From Erysipelotrichaceae bacterium MTC7 (GTDB lineage Bacteria > Bacillota_I > Bacilli_A > Erysipelotrichales > Erysipelotrichaceae): a stretch of 32,000 bases of DNA. Location of the stretch: positions 1 to 32,000 of the forward strand of contig LVZN01000007.1 of NCBI GenBank assembly GCA_001695645.1. Direction: 5' to 3'. The notes beneath the pieces are model-generated. The model did not search any database. It was given only the letters and a program-made list of their open reading frames with translations, and was not told where the DNA came from. A program made the translations under genes and the position numbers. Position 1 is the stretch's first letter. Each line of letters starts with the position of its first letter. Shown here one piece after another: positions 1 through 9,475 of this stretch.

Positions 1-3000
1 TCCAATGTTAAGACTAGGTTGTTTGCACCGATTGTGTATTTATCTCCGTGCTCAATCACGTCTTTATCAATAACTTTGATTTGGATGGTTACTTTCGTTG
101 CTGGTTCTTCTTTTACTCTAAATACGGCAACGTAGTCACCTTTTACTTTTTCAAACGTTGTACTTTCTAATTGTACTGTTCCTGCACTCATATCTTTACG
201 TTTGAATGCTTCTGCTTGCGCTAGTCCAATTAGTTCATCGTTATCTTTGATTGCTTTGGCTTCATCAACAGTTAAAACGAGGTTGTTTGCACCGATGGTA
301 TATTTATCACCGTGTTCAATCACATCTTTGTCGATTACTTTGATTTTAACTGTTGCCTTCGTTGCTGGTTCTTCACCAACTTTGAATGTTGCAGTGTATT
401 CTTTTGCAGTTGCACTTGCTGCCACAAAATCTGTACTATCTAAAACAACCGTTCCTTCACTTAAATCACTTAAGTTCCATGCTTTTGCTTTTGCAAGTCC
501 AACAAGTTCATCGTTACTTGCGATAGCTTTTGCTTGATCAAGCGTTAGGATGATGTTATTTGCAACAAGTGTATACTTATCGCCTTCTTTAATTACATCA
601 TTATCCACAACTTTAGCAATCGCAGATACTTCATCTAATGGATCAGTGGCTGCTTTTGCTTTGACTACGACGTCGTATTCATTAACTTCAGCTTTGTATC
701 CACCATTGTCTTTTACCATTAAGTCAGCTGCAGCTACTTCATAACCCGTTGCAATGGCCCAGGCGCGAGCTCTTGTTTTTTCAAGAATTTCTGCATCTGT
801 ACCTTTTACATCATCTTTTAGGATGACATAGTTGTGAATGTCATAGGCATAGTCTTTACCGATGTATAAACCAACGGCAACAACTCTGCGTTTTATTGCG
901 GTATTGAAATCACTATCCGTTACCGTGTACTCAAGAATGTACATTCCTTTTTTACTTGTGTCTACAGTTCCAGAAACAATAACTTTGCTTGTTAAGTCAC
1001 CATCTTCTGCATCTTGGGCAAAGACTCCGTGTTTGTAATCGAAACTTGCACCAAGTGGAACTGACATAAAGGCAGGATCAACTGTTAGTATTGGAGCTTG
1101 TCCTTTTGTCACATTGACATTAACTGTTGCTTTTACACTTGGATCTGCATCCACTTTGAATGTTGTTTTGTATAAATCTACAGCATCTCTTACCGTATGT
1201 GAATCCAGGGAAACTGCTGTTTCTTGACGGGTCTGACGAATCCATCCTTTAGCACCTGTAAGTTCTTTTAATTTTGTTTTTGCATAGTTTGCATCATCTT
1301 GAATTTTCTTAGCTTCACCACGTGTAATCTCTGTGTGGTTTGCAGCGATGATGTAGTTATCAGTTGTAACAACTACGTCATAAGGAAGTACTTCAAAGGT
1401 TACTTTCTTGATAACGCCTTCATCTCCATCAATACAGAAGGTTACAGTGTAAACACCAGCTTCTGCTTTGAATCCACCTGTATCTTTTACTTTAATCGGT
1501 GCGTTGCTTCCATCTGTTGTTTTTGTCCCTTTTGCATTAGCTAGGCGAATGTAGTCTGCATCACTTACAACCAGTTTTGCATCATCATACCCCATGATGA
1601 CATCATTGGCTGTAATCTTGTATAACTCCGCCTTCACTGTAAGCTTCGTTGCTTGTGGGAACATAGCATCATGATACTTGGTTGCACTGACTGGGTTGAT
1701 ATTTCCTAATGCATCTTCTAAGAAGATTTGCACGGTATCATTTGCTTTTAGTGTTACGTTTGCAGGGAATGTGTAATTCCACGTTCCATTTGCATTCAGA
1801 ACACCTTCATTTGCCATTTTTGTTCCATTTACCGTAACCGTTAAACGTACTGGAGGATCATCATTATGTACACCATCAAGTGTCCATGTACCCTCTAAGT
1901 AGTTTCCATTTGCGTATAGCGTGTTACTTACGATAACCGGCAATGGAGGTGTTTTATCAATGGTTGTAACAACACCGGTTGTAATATCACTAGGCAATGC
2001 TTCATGTGTTCTTCCAGAATCAGGATCTTCCGTTCCACGCCAAGCGCGTAACACTTCGTATGTAGTTCCTGTTTGAATAAAGTGACCAACATCAAAGACA
2101 AAGATACCACCTTTTGCTGGTTCACCATAAATTGAAACACCCGCATGTCCATCACCCATTCCTACAGAACGAGCAACCACTTCACGTTTTGTTCCATCAG
2201 GTAATGTTTCCAGTAAGGTTACATATACTTCATCCGTCCATGCATCACGAATACCTGAAGTGATTCCTTCAGGAACGCCTACATGTCCATAAACATACTT
2301 ATCCGCATTGGTTGGTACGTAAAGTCCATTAACCACTGGACGTGCATTGTTTCCAGAGATTCGACTATACGCTTTCATTCCCATAGAACCAAATGTAGAC
2401 GTATTAAATTCACCTGGATGACTTGTACTTAGAATTTTACTAAAGTCTGCGTTGTTTAATTTAAAGTCAAGCACTGACCAACTCCGATATGGGTTGCCAT
2501 AGATACTTGTTCCTTTGTGCCAAACAGCTAAATCGGAATTCGTTGAAGTATAAGTTGATTGATCATTTACATCAAACACCAATCCACCAGTCTTATTACC
2601 TGCATCATAACGTGTATTTGCAAAATCGTAATACAGTGGATTATCATTGACGAAAACCACTTTTCGAACATTGAAAATCGCTTCATCGTCTGATTTGGTT
2701 TGTCCGCGAGCAACAAAGGTTGCTTGATCTGCTAAGGTAATATGTGCTTCTCCTGAACCATCAATATCTACGGCTGCTCCATAGTCAGCTTGAATGTTTA
2801 TCGATGAACCAAGTCCTGAAACATCAAATATTTGTCCTGATGACTTCCCAGATTTATATTGAATCCCTTGGTTTTTACCATTTGAACCAGGGTTTGCTGC
2901 AGTTCCATCACCAACGTTTAGAACCTTGATTTTCCCACCGCTTCTAACATAAAACTCATTGCTTTTTCCATAGAAACGCATCGCTGGAGCTTCTGATTTA

Positions 3001-4364
3001 GTTCCAACTTTCGAAATGTTTACTTCAGCGTTATCCGAGATATCGAAACGTTGATATCCAACCAGTCGTAAACGGAAAGTTGCTCCATAAGAGTCACTAC
3101 CTCCAAGACTTTGCACGTTCATTTTTGAACCGGCACCTGCAACAACAAACATTCCTCCGGTAATTTGTGAAATTACCCCAGGGAACGATTTTGTTCCATC
3201 CCCTTTACTGTTTACATCCAGTACAGCACCATCGGTGATTTTTACAAAAGAATCCCGAACGGGGTCGCCTTCATCATCCGTATCGCTTTCTGTTTCGTTA
3301 GCAGTCCCGGCAAAGGATACTACCGCATGGGAGTTCCCCGTACCATTTCCATTTGCTGAGGCTTTAATTTCTGTACCCGGATCTTTAATGTGTACTTGGA
3401 TCGAGTACTTCTTTCCTTCTTTCCCTAACCAAATGGCTGCATCCTCTTGCGAATGCAAGGTCATCTTTGAGGCTTTGTTTACATCCATTTTAATCATGGC
3501 ATTTTCACCAACAGGGTTCGCGTTAAAGATAACGTGTTGCGCTGTAACATTTACATTTGCACCATTGGTAATCGTAAATTCTTTTGCTACGAATACCCCT
3601 GCTGCTGAACTTTTCCCACCACTGTGCGCTCTGCTAGTTGTGGTCCATGTAATGTTACCAGTAAGTGTTATTTTACTTTCTGTTGCTTTAAATATATTGG
3701 CTGCCGTACTCCCTGTGTGTGAAAGGTTATGTAATGATACATGCCAATTGTTTGTATTTGCGTTACGATTCGTATCCGAATCCGAGTTGTCCGTATGCCG
3801 AATTAAGTAGGTACAACCTACATTCGCAACTTTGATTCCAACCAACCCTAAATTTGTTAGATTCGAAACACGAGCCAAAATAAATGCTTCATCTTTATCA
3901 TTTTGGAAATCCAACGTATAGTTATTTCCATTAATGACTAAGTTTCGATTCACCATCGGTAAGTCATTGTCATCATTCCCTGTTCTTGTGATGTTAGTTG
4001 TAAAATTAATTACACTAACACCGGAATTACTCATTGCTGAACGCAACTGATCCCAACTGCTAACATCAACTGAACTAGCTAACGTCCCTACCTGAGGTGC
4101 TACTTCTTGTTTCTGAGGTTTTTCTATTTCTCCCTCATCTACTTGTTCTGGTTCCTCTATTTCTTCTGGTTCTTGTTCTTCTTCAATCACTTCATTTTCG
4201 TCTACATCTTGATCGACTTCTTCAACGACTTCATCTGCATCTGCAGATAAAATGACATCACTGACTAACGAAGAAATTCCTAGTGAAACAAAGGTTAACA
4301 GAAAACATAAAACAACAATAAATAGTGTTTTCTGCTTTTCCCAGAAACTTTTTCTTTTTCTCAT
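1..4364 (-). CDS. Giant secreted surface adhesin, 5' part only (1454 codons; 3' end lies beyond the window start). Signal peptide, D/E-rich acidic linker, N/G/T-rich beta-helix-like region, DUF5011-type Ig-like domain, then ~88-aa tandem modules.
   Basis: Absent from the ORF track because the frame runs off the edge, so I translated it by hand. ATG at 4364 is preceded by AAAGGAGAGA (4371-4380). The product begins MRKRKSFWEKQKTLFIVVLCFLLTFVSLGISSLVSDVILSA/DADEVVEEVDQD... The frame was spot-checked open at ~3000, ~2150, ~1590 and 541-780. It contains APILTVDP..AQDAEDGDLT..GMYILEYTVTD and repeated GDKYTIGANNLVLTVDEAKAI modules. Confidence 0.85.
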   Translation of the reverse strand, partial: MRKRKSFWEKQKTLFIVVLCFLLTFVSLGISSLVSDVILSADADEVVEEVDQDVDENEVIEEEQEPEEIEEPEQVDEGEIEKPQKQEVAPQVGTLASSVDVSSWDQLRSAMSNSGVSVINFTTNITRTGNDDNDLPMVNRNLVINGNNYTLDFQNDKDEAFILARVSNLTNLGLVGIKVANVGCTYLIRHTDNSDSDTNRNANTNNWHVSLHNLSHTGSTAANIFKATESKITLTGNITWTTTSRAHSGGKSSAAGVFVAKEFTITNGANVNVTAQHVIFNANPVGENAMIKMDVNKASKMTLHSQEDAAIWLGKEGKKYSIQVHIKDPGTEIKASANGNGTGNSHAVVSFAGTANETESDTDDEGDPVRDSFVKITDGAVLDVNSKGDGTKSFPGVISQITGGMFVVAGAGSKMNVQSLGGSDSYGATFRLRLVGYQRFDISDNAEVNISKVGTKSEAPAMRFYGKSNEFYVRSGGKIKVLNVGDGTAANPGSNGKNQGIQYKSGKSSGQIFDVSGLGSSINIQADYGAAVDIDGSGEAHITLADQATFVARGQTKSDDEAIFNVRKVVFVNDNPLYYDFANTRYDAGNKTGGLVFDVNDQSTYTSTNSDLAVWHKGTSIYGNPYRSWSVLDFKLNNADFSKILSTSHPGEFNTSTFGSMGMKAYSRISGNNARPVVNGLYVPTNADKYVYGHVGVPEGITSGIRDAWTDEVYVTLLETLPDGTKREVVARSVGMGDGHAGVSIYGEPAKGGIFVFDVGHFIQTGTTYEVLRAWRGTEDPDSGRTHEALPSDITTGVVTTIDKTPPLPVIVSNTLYANGNYLEGTWTLDGVHNDDPPVRLTVTVNGTKMANEGVLNANGTWNYTFPANVTLKANDTVQIFLEDALGNINPVSATKYHDAMFPQATKLTVKAELYKITANDVIMGYDDAKLVVSDADYIRLANAKGTKTTDGSNAPIKVKDTGGFKAEAGVYTVTFCIDGDEGVIKKVTFEVLPYDVVVTTDNYIIAANHTEITRGEAKKIQDDANYAKTKLKELTGAKGWIRQTRQETAVSLDSHTVRDAVDLYKTTFKVDADPSVKATVNVNVTKGQAPILTVDPAFMSVPLGASFDYKHGVFAQDAEDGDLTSKVIVSGTVDTSKKGMYILEYTVTDSDFNTAIKRRVVAVGLYIGKDYAYDIHNYVILKDDVKGTDAEILEKTRARAWAIATGYEVAAADLMVKDNGGYKAEVNEYDVVVKAKAATDPLDEVSAIAKVVDNDVIKEGDKYTLVANNIILTLDQAKAIASNDELVGLAKAKAWNLSDLSEGTVVLDSTDFVAASATAKEYTATFKVGEEPATKATVKIKVIDKDVIEHGDKYTIGANNLVLTVDEAKAIKDNDELIGLAQAEAFKRKDMSAGTVQLESTTFEKVKGDYVAVFRVKEEPATKVTIQIKVIDKDVIEHGDKYTIGANNLVLTL
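7..640 (-). repeat. In-frame tandem coding repeats inside the adhesin gene, with periods of 264 and 273 nt (88 and 91 codons).
   Basis: GTTAAGACTAGGTTGTTTGCACCGAT at 7 recurs as GTTAAAACGAGGTTGTTTGCACCGAT at 271 and, more diverged, at 544. The first ~105 nt of copies 1 and 2 are roughly 85% identical by eye; the rest is more diverged. Confidence 0.8.
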
Positions 4365-4440
4365 ACAATTTCTCTCCTTTCATAAGTTTTCATTTTCAAA
4401 TCACACACTTGAAAACATAACTAATTTACGACAATAGTAA

Positions 4441-4467
4441 GATGTGCTTGAATCCTACCAGGTTCAT
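4441..4467 (-). promoter_or_regulatory. Possible internal ECF-type promoter in front of the adhesin gene (ATGAACCT-N-CATCTTAC).
   Basis: On the minus strand, ATGAACCT (4460-4467) sits directly after the stop of the upstream gene. The spacing from GAAC to CATC (4441-4444) is 17 nt. The heptamer and spacing are the same as in the candidate promoter at 12184-12210, but the -10 element is degenerate. Confidence 0.25.
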
Positions 4468-4469
4468 TT

Positions 4470-6917
4470 TTAGCGAAACTTTTTTGCTTTTTTTCGCCAT
4501 ACACCATATGTCCCTAAACATATGGAAAGTATCATGACAAAAACAACGTTCGCTTTATTCGATACATCACCAGCAGCAACACTTGCACTACTTGCTTGTG
4601 TGTTGCTAATTGAAGTACCATCGCTATTCTCTACTACGTGTAAATCGAAAGCTTTGTTGACTGTTACATGTACGGCAATTCGTTGTTGTTGTGTCTGCCC
4701 TATTTCATCCACAACACTTGCCGTAAATGCTAACCTATAGATTCCCCCTTCCTTTCCTACCTTTTGAATGGCAGCAAGTTGATTTGCATTTGCTTCAATG
4801 CTTGCTGCAACGACTTCATTTTGATCACCATCACAAACCGCAACTCCGGCAAATTGAATGGCTTGTGATTGTTGTAACTGCTTTGCCTCATCATATGTAA
4901 GTTCAAAGTCATGACCAGTTAAAACAAAATCCCCAATTTCATCAAAGATCGATGTGCTTTCTCCAAGCACAGTTACCTTGATTTTCTTGCTGACTTCCAC
5001 ATGGTCGACTTTGACAGTGTAAAGCAGTTCATATATGCCTCCTTGTTTGGAAACATTTTTGATGGTTTGCCACTGTGCTTCGTGAACGGTTGTTGCCTGA
5101 CTAGCACCAACAAACTCATGAATTTCACCTTGGCTGTTTCGATCCATCAAGAAGGCATGGACATTGGCATCCGCAATGATTTTTTGTTTGGTTAAACTTT
5201 GTACTTGTTCAAAGGTGTAGACAAGATCGTCTGCTCCAATAATGGCATTTGCTAGTTGATCCATGACACTATGCTTGTTGCTAATCAATACTTGTATTTC
5301 TTTTGTACAAGTTTTTCCATCTTGATTTTGAACGTCATAAGCAATTGTATAAATACCAATGTCACGAAATTCTGGATTTCCTTTAACTACGGTGTAGGTA
5401 ATTTGTTCATCACTTAGTTTGCGTGTTACCGGTGCAAGACCCGGCGTATCGCTAGCTTCTAACCAAGTCGCTTCTATTCGGTGTTTCAAACTATAATCGA
5501 TGTTGGGATTCCCCAATTCATAACGTTGCAGTGGTGCTTGTATTTCAGGTAAACCATGAACTTTTACCACTCGTGTAAACTCTGTGACATACCCTTTTTG
5601 ATCTTCGACTTTGTAAGCCACTTCATAGGTTCCTACGTTGTTGGTATTCACATTATTTTGGACAACTTCAACTTTGTCGATTAAGTTTTGTTGCTTTTCA
5701 TCATAGACTTGCATTCCCTGTAATGGATCAAAAGCATCACCAACATACATGTCCACTGTGTTTGCTTCAAACACTGGACCATCCCACCAAAGGATGGGTT
5801 GTTCAATGGTTCCAATAAACCAGAACGTATCGATGATGTGATAATCAATACAATAACTGTACGACGTTTGACTTGGATCTAACGTTAGTTCTATCTCTGT
5901 TACGTCCTGCTGCTCAATTTGCATCGGAATCGTCGTTCCACTTGGATCTTTTACAAGTGACTTGATGGTTACTTTCCCTGTCTTTTTATCACCAATGACA
6001 TGTTCCGGATTGGTATAACGTTGTCCTTCGTTGTTGTTTGGATCCAAATATGGCTCAGCATCCGAATAAAAACGTGCATAAATGGCCGCTTTCATATTTA
6101 CTAATGGAGAAAAGTCGACAATTTGATTATTGTTTAACCAGACTTGTGGTCGACTACCCGACACTTGGATACTTGCTAGTGGAGACACATCGCTAATCTT
6201 ATTGTTTCCCAGTCCCAAATAACTGATTTTTGTCAAACCAGAGAGTGGACGAATATCACTGATGTTATTGAAGTCTAAAGTTAAACGCTTCAAATCCGGA
6301 AAATTTGCTAAATGTGCAATGTTTTCTAATTTATTGTTTTGTAGATGCAAGGCATATCTCGTTAAACCTCCAGTTACTGGAAGTGTTTGTAAATCTGCAT
6401 CGGTAATGCCATTATTGTTAAGCATCAATTGCTCATCAAGTGCAGGAAAACGTTCCGCTGTAAACAACGACAAATCGTGAATCGCGTTAGTTCCTCGCTT
6501 CCAGTTATTGAACTCCATTGCACGTAAGTTTGGATACATGGCCTCACGCATCGGTTCTAAACTTTGAATGTTGTGGTCATTTAAATATAGCGTTTCAATG
6601 TTTGTCATATATGCAATTCCCGTTAAATCGCTAATGCGCTTACTTGGATCTGCGGTATTGTAACTAATTGTTCTAAGGTTTTTTAAATCGTCTGTACTAA
6701 AGTTTTCTGGTATTTCTGGGCGACTGACAAGATAGTTATAGAAATTCTCATCAGGAACAAGTTCACGTCCACGTTTATTGGTTTCTTGCGCTTGGACTTG
6801 GATATTTTCACTATTTGCTAGTTGATCCGCACTTGTTGATTGCATTAACCATGCAATGCACAAAAATGCACATAGAAAACAAATAAGTAACGTTTTGTTT
6901 TTATTTTGCTTGTTCAT
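4470..6917 (-). CDS. Internalin-like LRR surface protein with several Ig-like (DUF5011-type) domains and a C-terminal TM anchor.
   Basis: 815-aa ORF with RBS AAGGAGGT upstream and signal peptide ...WLMQSTSA/DQ. LRR units are visible (LxxLxLxxNxIxDxxPL, e.g. LTLDFNNISDIRPLSGLTKISYLGLGNNKISDVSPL). Ig-type motifs include VGDAFDPLQG..GTYEVAYKVEDQKG. The C-terminus is a hydrophobic helix followed by WRKKAKKFR. Confidence 0.85.
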   Translation of the reverse strand: MNKQNKNKTLLICFLCAFLCIAWLMQSTSADQLANSENIQVQAQETNKRGRELVPDENFYNYLVSRPEIPENFSTDDLKNLRTISYNTADPSKRISDLTGIAYMTNIETLYLNDHNIQSLEPMREAMYPNLRAMEFNNWKRGTNAIHDLSLFTAERFPALDEQLMLNNNGITDADLQTLPVTGGLTRYALHLQNNKLENIAHLANFPDLKRLTLDFNNISDIRPLSGLTKISYLGLGNNKISDVSPLASIQVSGSRPQVWLNNNQIVDFSPLVNMKAAIYARFYSDAEPYLDPNNNEGQRYTNPEHVIGDKKTGKVTIKSLVKDPSGTTIPMQIEQQDVTEIELTLDPSQTSYSYCIDYHIIDTFWFIGTIEQPILWWDGPVFEANTVDMYVGDAFDPLQGMQVYDEKQQNLIDKVEVVQNNVNTNNVGTYEVAYKVEDQKGYVTEFTRVVKVHGLPEIQAPLQRYELGNPNIDYSLKHRIEATWLEASDTPGLAPVTRKLSDEQITYTVVKGNPEFRDIGIYTIAYDVQNQDGKTCTKEIQVLISNKHSVMDQLANAIIGADDLVYTFEQVQSLTKQKIIADANVHAFLMDRNSQGEIHEFVGASQATTVHEAQWQTIKNVSKQGGIYELLYTVKVDHVEVSKKIKVTVLGESTSIFDEIGDFVLTGHDFELTYDEAKQLQQSQAIQFAGVAVCDGDQNEVVAASIEANANQLAAIQKVGKEGGIYRLAFTASVVDEIGQTQQQRIAVHVTVNKAFDLHVVENSDGTSISNTQASSASVAAGDVSNKANVVFVMILSICLGTYGVWRKKAKKFR

Positions 6918-8109
6918 GTTTACCTCCTTTCTTACGACGTCGATTCATGATAAACAAAACGACGAGTAACAAGGATACGATGAAAGGTATAGCACTTATC
7001 CCCAATCGAAATGGTAGTGAAACATCTGCTCTCATCTTCAATGAAGTAACAAAGTCATAAGAGAAAGTTCCCGCTGATGCAATGATTTCATCGTCATATA
7101 AAGTTAAGTGACTACCTTCTTTAATGTTATCTAAGCGATACGACACGCCTGGAGCTTTTGAAGGTCGCTCACGATCGGTAAAGAAGGCAAAGACAACCGT
7201 ATCTTCAACGATGCGACTAAGATCTAAAGACCATCCTGCAAATGCACGATTGTCCAGTTGTGGATCTTTGATGTCTTGGGCACTTTCCCCGTGATTGACA
7301 ATCCTCTGTTCATACAACGTGTCATCAATGTAGTACGACACCAAGTATTGTTTTAATCGATAGGTTGCATATACGTTTAAATCACTTGTAATTGGTTGTC
7401 CTTGATAGAACTTTGCAGTTCCATCGCTTTGTAAATTAAACCCAAGAAAGACGTGTCCTTCTTTTTGCAATCCATGTAAACTAAGACTTTTGTTGTGTTC
7501 CACATGATGCGTTTGTAATAACGTTGCACCATCATACACTTTTACTTGATGCATTTGGTTTGCACGAAATGCGAAATTTCCCTGGAATGCATGTTCGTAT
7601 GTTTCCGTTGCATCTCCGACCGTAATTCCTTGTGCTCGTACTTGCGTATCCACGCTTATTTTGTTTCGTGAAGAACCTGTTGTTGTAACATCTAGTTCAA
7701 TCACATGTTTTACATGATTTAGTTGCATCGATAATCCAGACTTGAGCAATGCTTGATATTCACTTTGCGTTGCGTTTTTTCCATCAATGCGAAGCACCCC
7801 TTGTGCATACGGCTTGAAGGCAACCCCTTCTTTTTCAAACACCCTTATTCGGGTATCTAAAGATCCTGAACGATTGGCAACTTGAATTTGCAATCGCACT
7901 GTGGAACCATAGGCAATTGATCCAGCACTGGAAAGTTCTTTTTCTTTTCCTGAGGTTTCAATAAGTTTTGCACTTGATGAAAGTTGTAAATCCAAATACG
8001 TTTCAGCAGCAACGACATGTTGTCTAAAGCCAAACAACATCATACTTATCATGGTGAGTATAAGTACGAGTTGTCCTAATGTTTTTTTACGTTTTTTATG
8101 ATTCGACAT
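6901..8109 (-). CDS. Secreted protein with a DUF11-like beta-sandwich, two Listeria-Bacteroides-type repeats and a C-terminal TM anchor.
   Basis: The likely start is ATG at 8109 (MSNHKKRKK...), with GGAG 11 nt upstream; the track start at 8136 looks like an extension. The signal peptide ends VVAA/ET. Motifs seen are GSTVRLQIQVANRSG, GHVFLGFNLQSDGT..VYATY and FAGWSLD. The C-terminus is hydrophobic followed by NRRRKKGGK. The gene overlaps the next gene by 17 nt. Confidence 0.75.
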   Translation of the reverse strand: MSNHKKRKKTLGQLVLILTMISMMLFGFRQHVVAAETYLDLQLSSSAKLIETSGKEKELSSAGSIAYGSTVRLQIQVANRSGSLDTRIRVFEKEGVAFKPYAQGVLRIDGKNATQSEYQALLKSGLSMQLNHVKHVIELDVTTTGSSRNKISVDTQVRAQGITVGDATETYEHAFQGNFAFRANQMHQVKVYDGATLLQTHHVEHNKSLSLHGLQKEGHVFLGFNLQSDGTAKFYQGQPITSDLNVYATYRLKQYLVSYYIDDTLYEQRIVNHGESAQDIKDPQLDNRAFAGWSLDLSRIVEDTVVFAFFTDRERPSKAPGVSYRLDNIKEGSHLTLYDDEIIASAGTFSYDFVTSLKMRADVSLPFRLGISAIPFIVSLLLVVLFIMNRRRKKGGKHEQAK

Positions 8110-8113
8110 TGGC

Positions 8114-9430
8114 TTATTGCTCCACTTGCACAACATACGAAATCATATTTCCCGAAACATCATAGATGGCTACATAAACTTCACCATGAAAGTCATGTTT
8201 GATTTTTCCATCTCTTGGGATTGGCATACGTGTTTCTTGATAGAGTACATACGATGTATCATAATCAATCCCTGATGCTCCATCTTTAAACTGTAAACTT
8301 AAATACCCGTCCGCATATCCAATCTCCAGCATCTCTGGTGCTTTGATATCAATGTTATCGATGGTTACATTACGTGTATCTTTATCGACTTGGATCTTAT
8401 ACGTTCCATTTTCACTAGCAACAAAAGATAAGACATCTTGATCAACTTCAAAATCAATGGCTTTCGCTTCTTTTGATACTTGAATATGGGAATGATCGAC
8501 TTTGTTTTTCAACTTCGCTTTTACTTCTACCTTTTTATTGGTTGGTTCTTGGTGATAACTAACGTCAATAATTTCTGCATCTTGTAGGTGCAAACTTTGA
8601 TACACGACATAGCTCGTGGTGGTTCCTAAACCTAGCACACCAACAATCGCTGCTTTTGAAAGATTGGAAAGTGTTTTCGATGCACCCACAGTCAATGGAA
8701 CAGCTGCTCCAATGGATGCTTTTCCCACATGGACCACCGAATCATAAATTTGCGTTGCTGCATTTGGTGACAATGGTTTTTGTTGCAACAATTCTTTAAA
8801 TATTTGAAAGGCAAAAGGACTAAATACAAAACTGAAGTAACTAAGTGGTGAATATCCACGTTCACTTAATCCTGGCTGAATGACTTTACGCACTCGTTTT
8901 AATCGCGTCTTCACCGTTCCTTCAGGTATTTTCATAATGTACGATATCTCTTTAACAGACAGTCCAACGTAATATTTCAACATACCCACTTCAAAGAATT
9001 TTTCTGGTAATTGATTTAGTTCGCTTTTGATTGCAGCATACACTTCTTTGCTTTCAACTTCGTGAACTTGATTGTTATCAACAACCACCATTTCTTCAAG
9101 ATTGGTGTCTTCTCCAAGTTGTACTTGGCGACTCCGCTTGCGATACAAGGTTTGTGAACTGTTGTAAGCAATTGTAAAAATCCAAGCGTGAAAACTCTTA
9201 GGATGTTTTAACATTTGTATATTTTTGTATACGCTTAAAAACGTTTCTTGTACCACTTCTTCTGCATCTGCTTGATTTTGCATCAATTTTAAACCAAAAT
9301 AATAAATTGGATTTTTGTAGAAATCGTAAATGGCATTAAACGCGTCTACATCACCGTCTTGAAAACGTTCGATGTAACTAACATCCAATTCTTTATGGTC
9401 CCTACTTTTTCCGTTTGTATCCACACTCAT
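8114..9430 (-). CDS. Sigma-70 family (ECF-like) sigma factor fused to a TM helix and a ~155-aa extracytoplasmic beta-sandwich region.
   Basis: Region 2 reads DAEEVVQETFLSVYKNIQMLKHPKSFHAWIFTIAYNSSQTLYRKR. Region 4 reads LPEKFFEVGMLKYYVGLSVKEISYIMKIPEGTVKTRLKRVRKVI. A hydrophobic segment AAIVGVLGLGTTTSYVVY follows, then beta-rich sequence containing NIDIKAPE and DGASGIDYD. A G-rich RBS (GGGGG) precedes the ATG at 9430. Confidence 0.85.
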   Translation of the reverse strand: MSVDTNGKSRDHKELDVSYIERFQDGDVDAFNAIYDFYKNPIYYFGLKLMQNQADAEEVVQETFLSVYKNIQMLKHPKSFHAWIFTIAYNSSQTLYRKRSRQVQLGEDTNLEEMVVVDNNQVHEVESKEVYAAIKSELNQLPEKFFEVGMLKYYVGLSVKEISYIMKIPEGTVKTRLKRVRKVIQPGLSERGYSPLSYFSFVFSPFAFQIFKELLQQKPLSPNAATQIYDSVVHVGKASIGAAVPLTVGASKTLSNLSKAAIVGVLGLGTTTSYVVYQSLHLQDAEIIDVSYHQEPTNKKVEVKAKLKNKVDHSHIQVSKEAKAIDFEVDQDVLSFVASENGTYKIQVDKDTRNVTIDNIDIKAPEMLEIGYADGYLSLQFKDGASGIDYDTSYVLYQETRMPIPRDGKIKHDFHGEVYVAIYDVSGNMISYVVQVEQ

Positions 9431-9475
9431 ACATCAACCCCCGTATTTTGAATTTATAAATACTCACACAATTTT

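Noticed and set aside
202-4437. Plus-strand track ORFs (202..537, 550..744, 1299..1544, 2744..2929, 3235..3810, 4252..4437) and the minus-strand ORF 1928..2155.
   Set aside because: All lie within or overlap the continuously open minus-strand adhesin frame, which has a strong RBS and signal peptide. Their products are low-complexity (S/L/A/T/F/V-rich), and none has an SD. They are antisense or off-frame shadows of the real gene.
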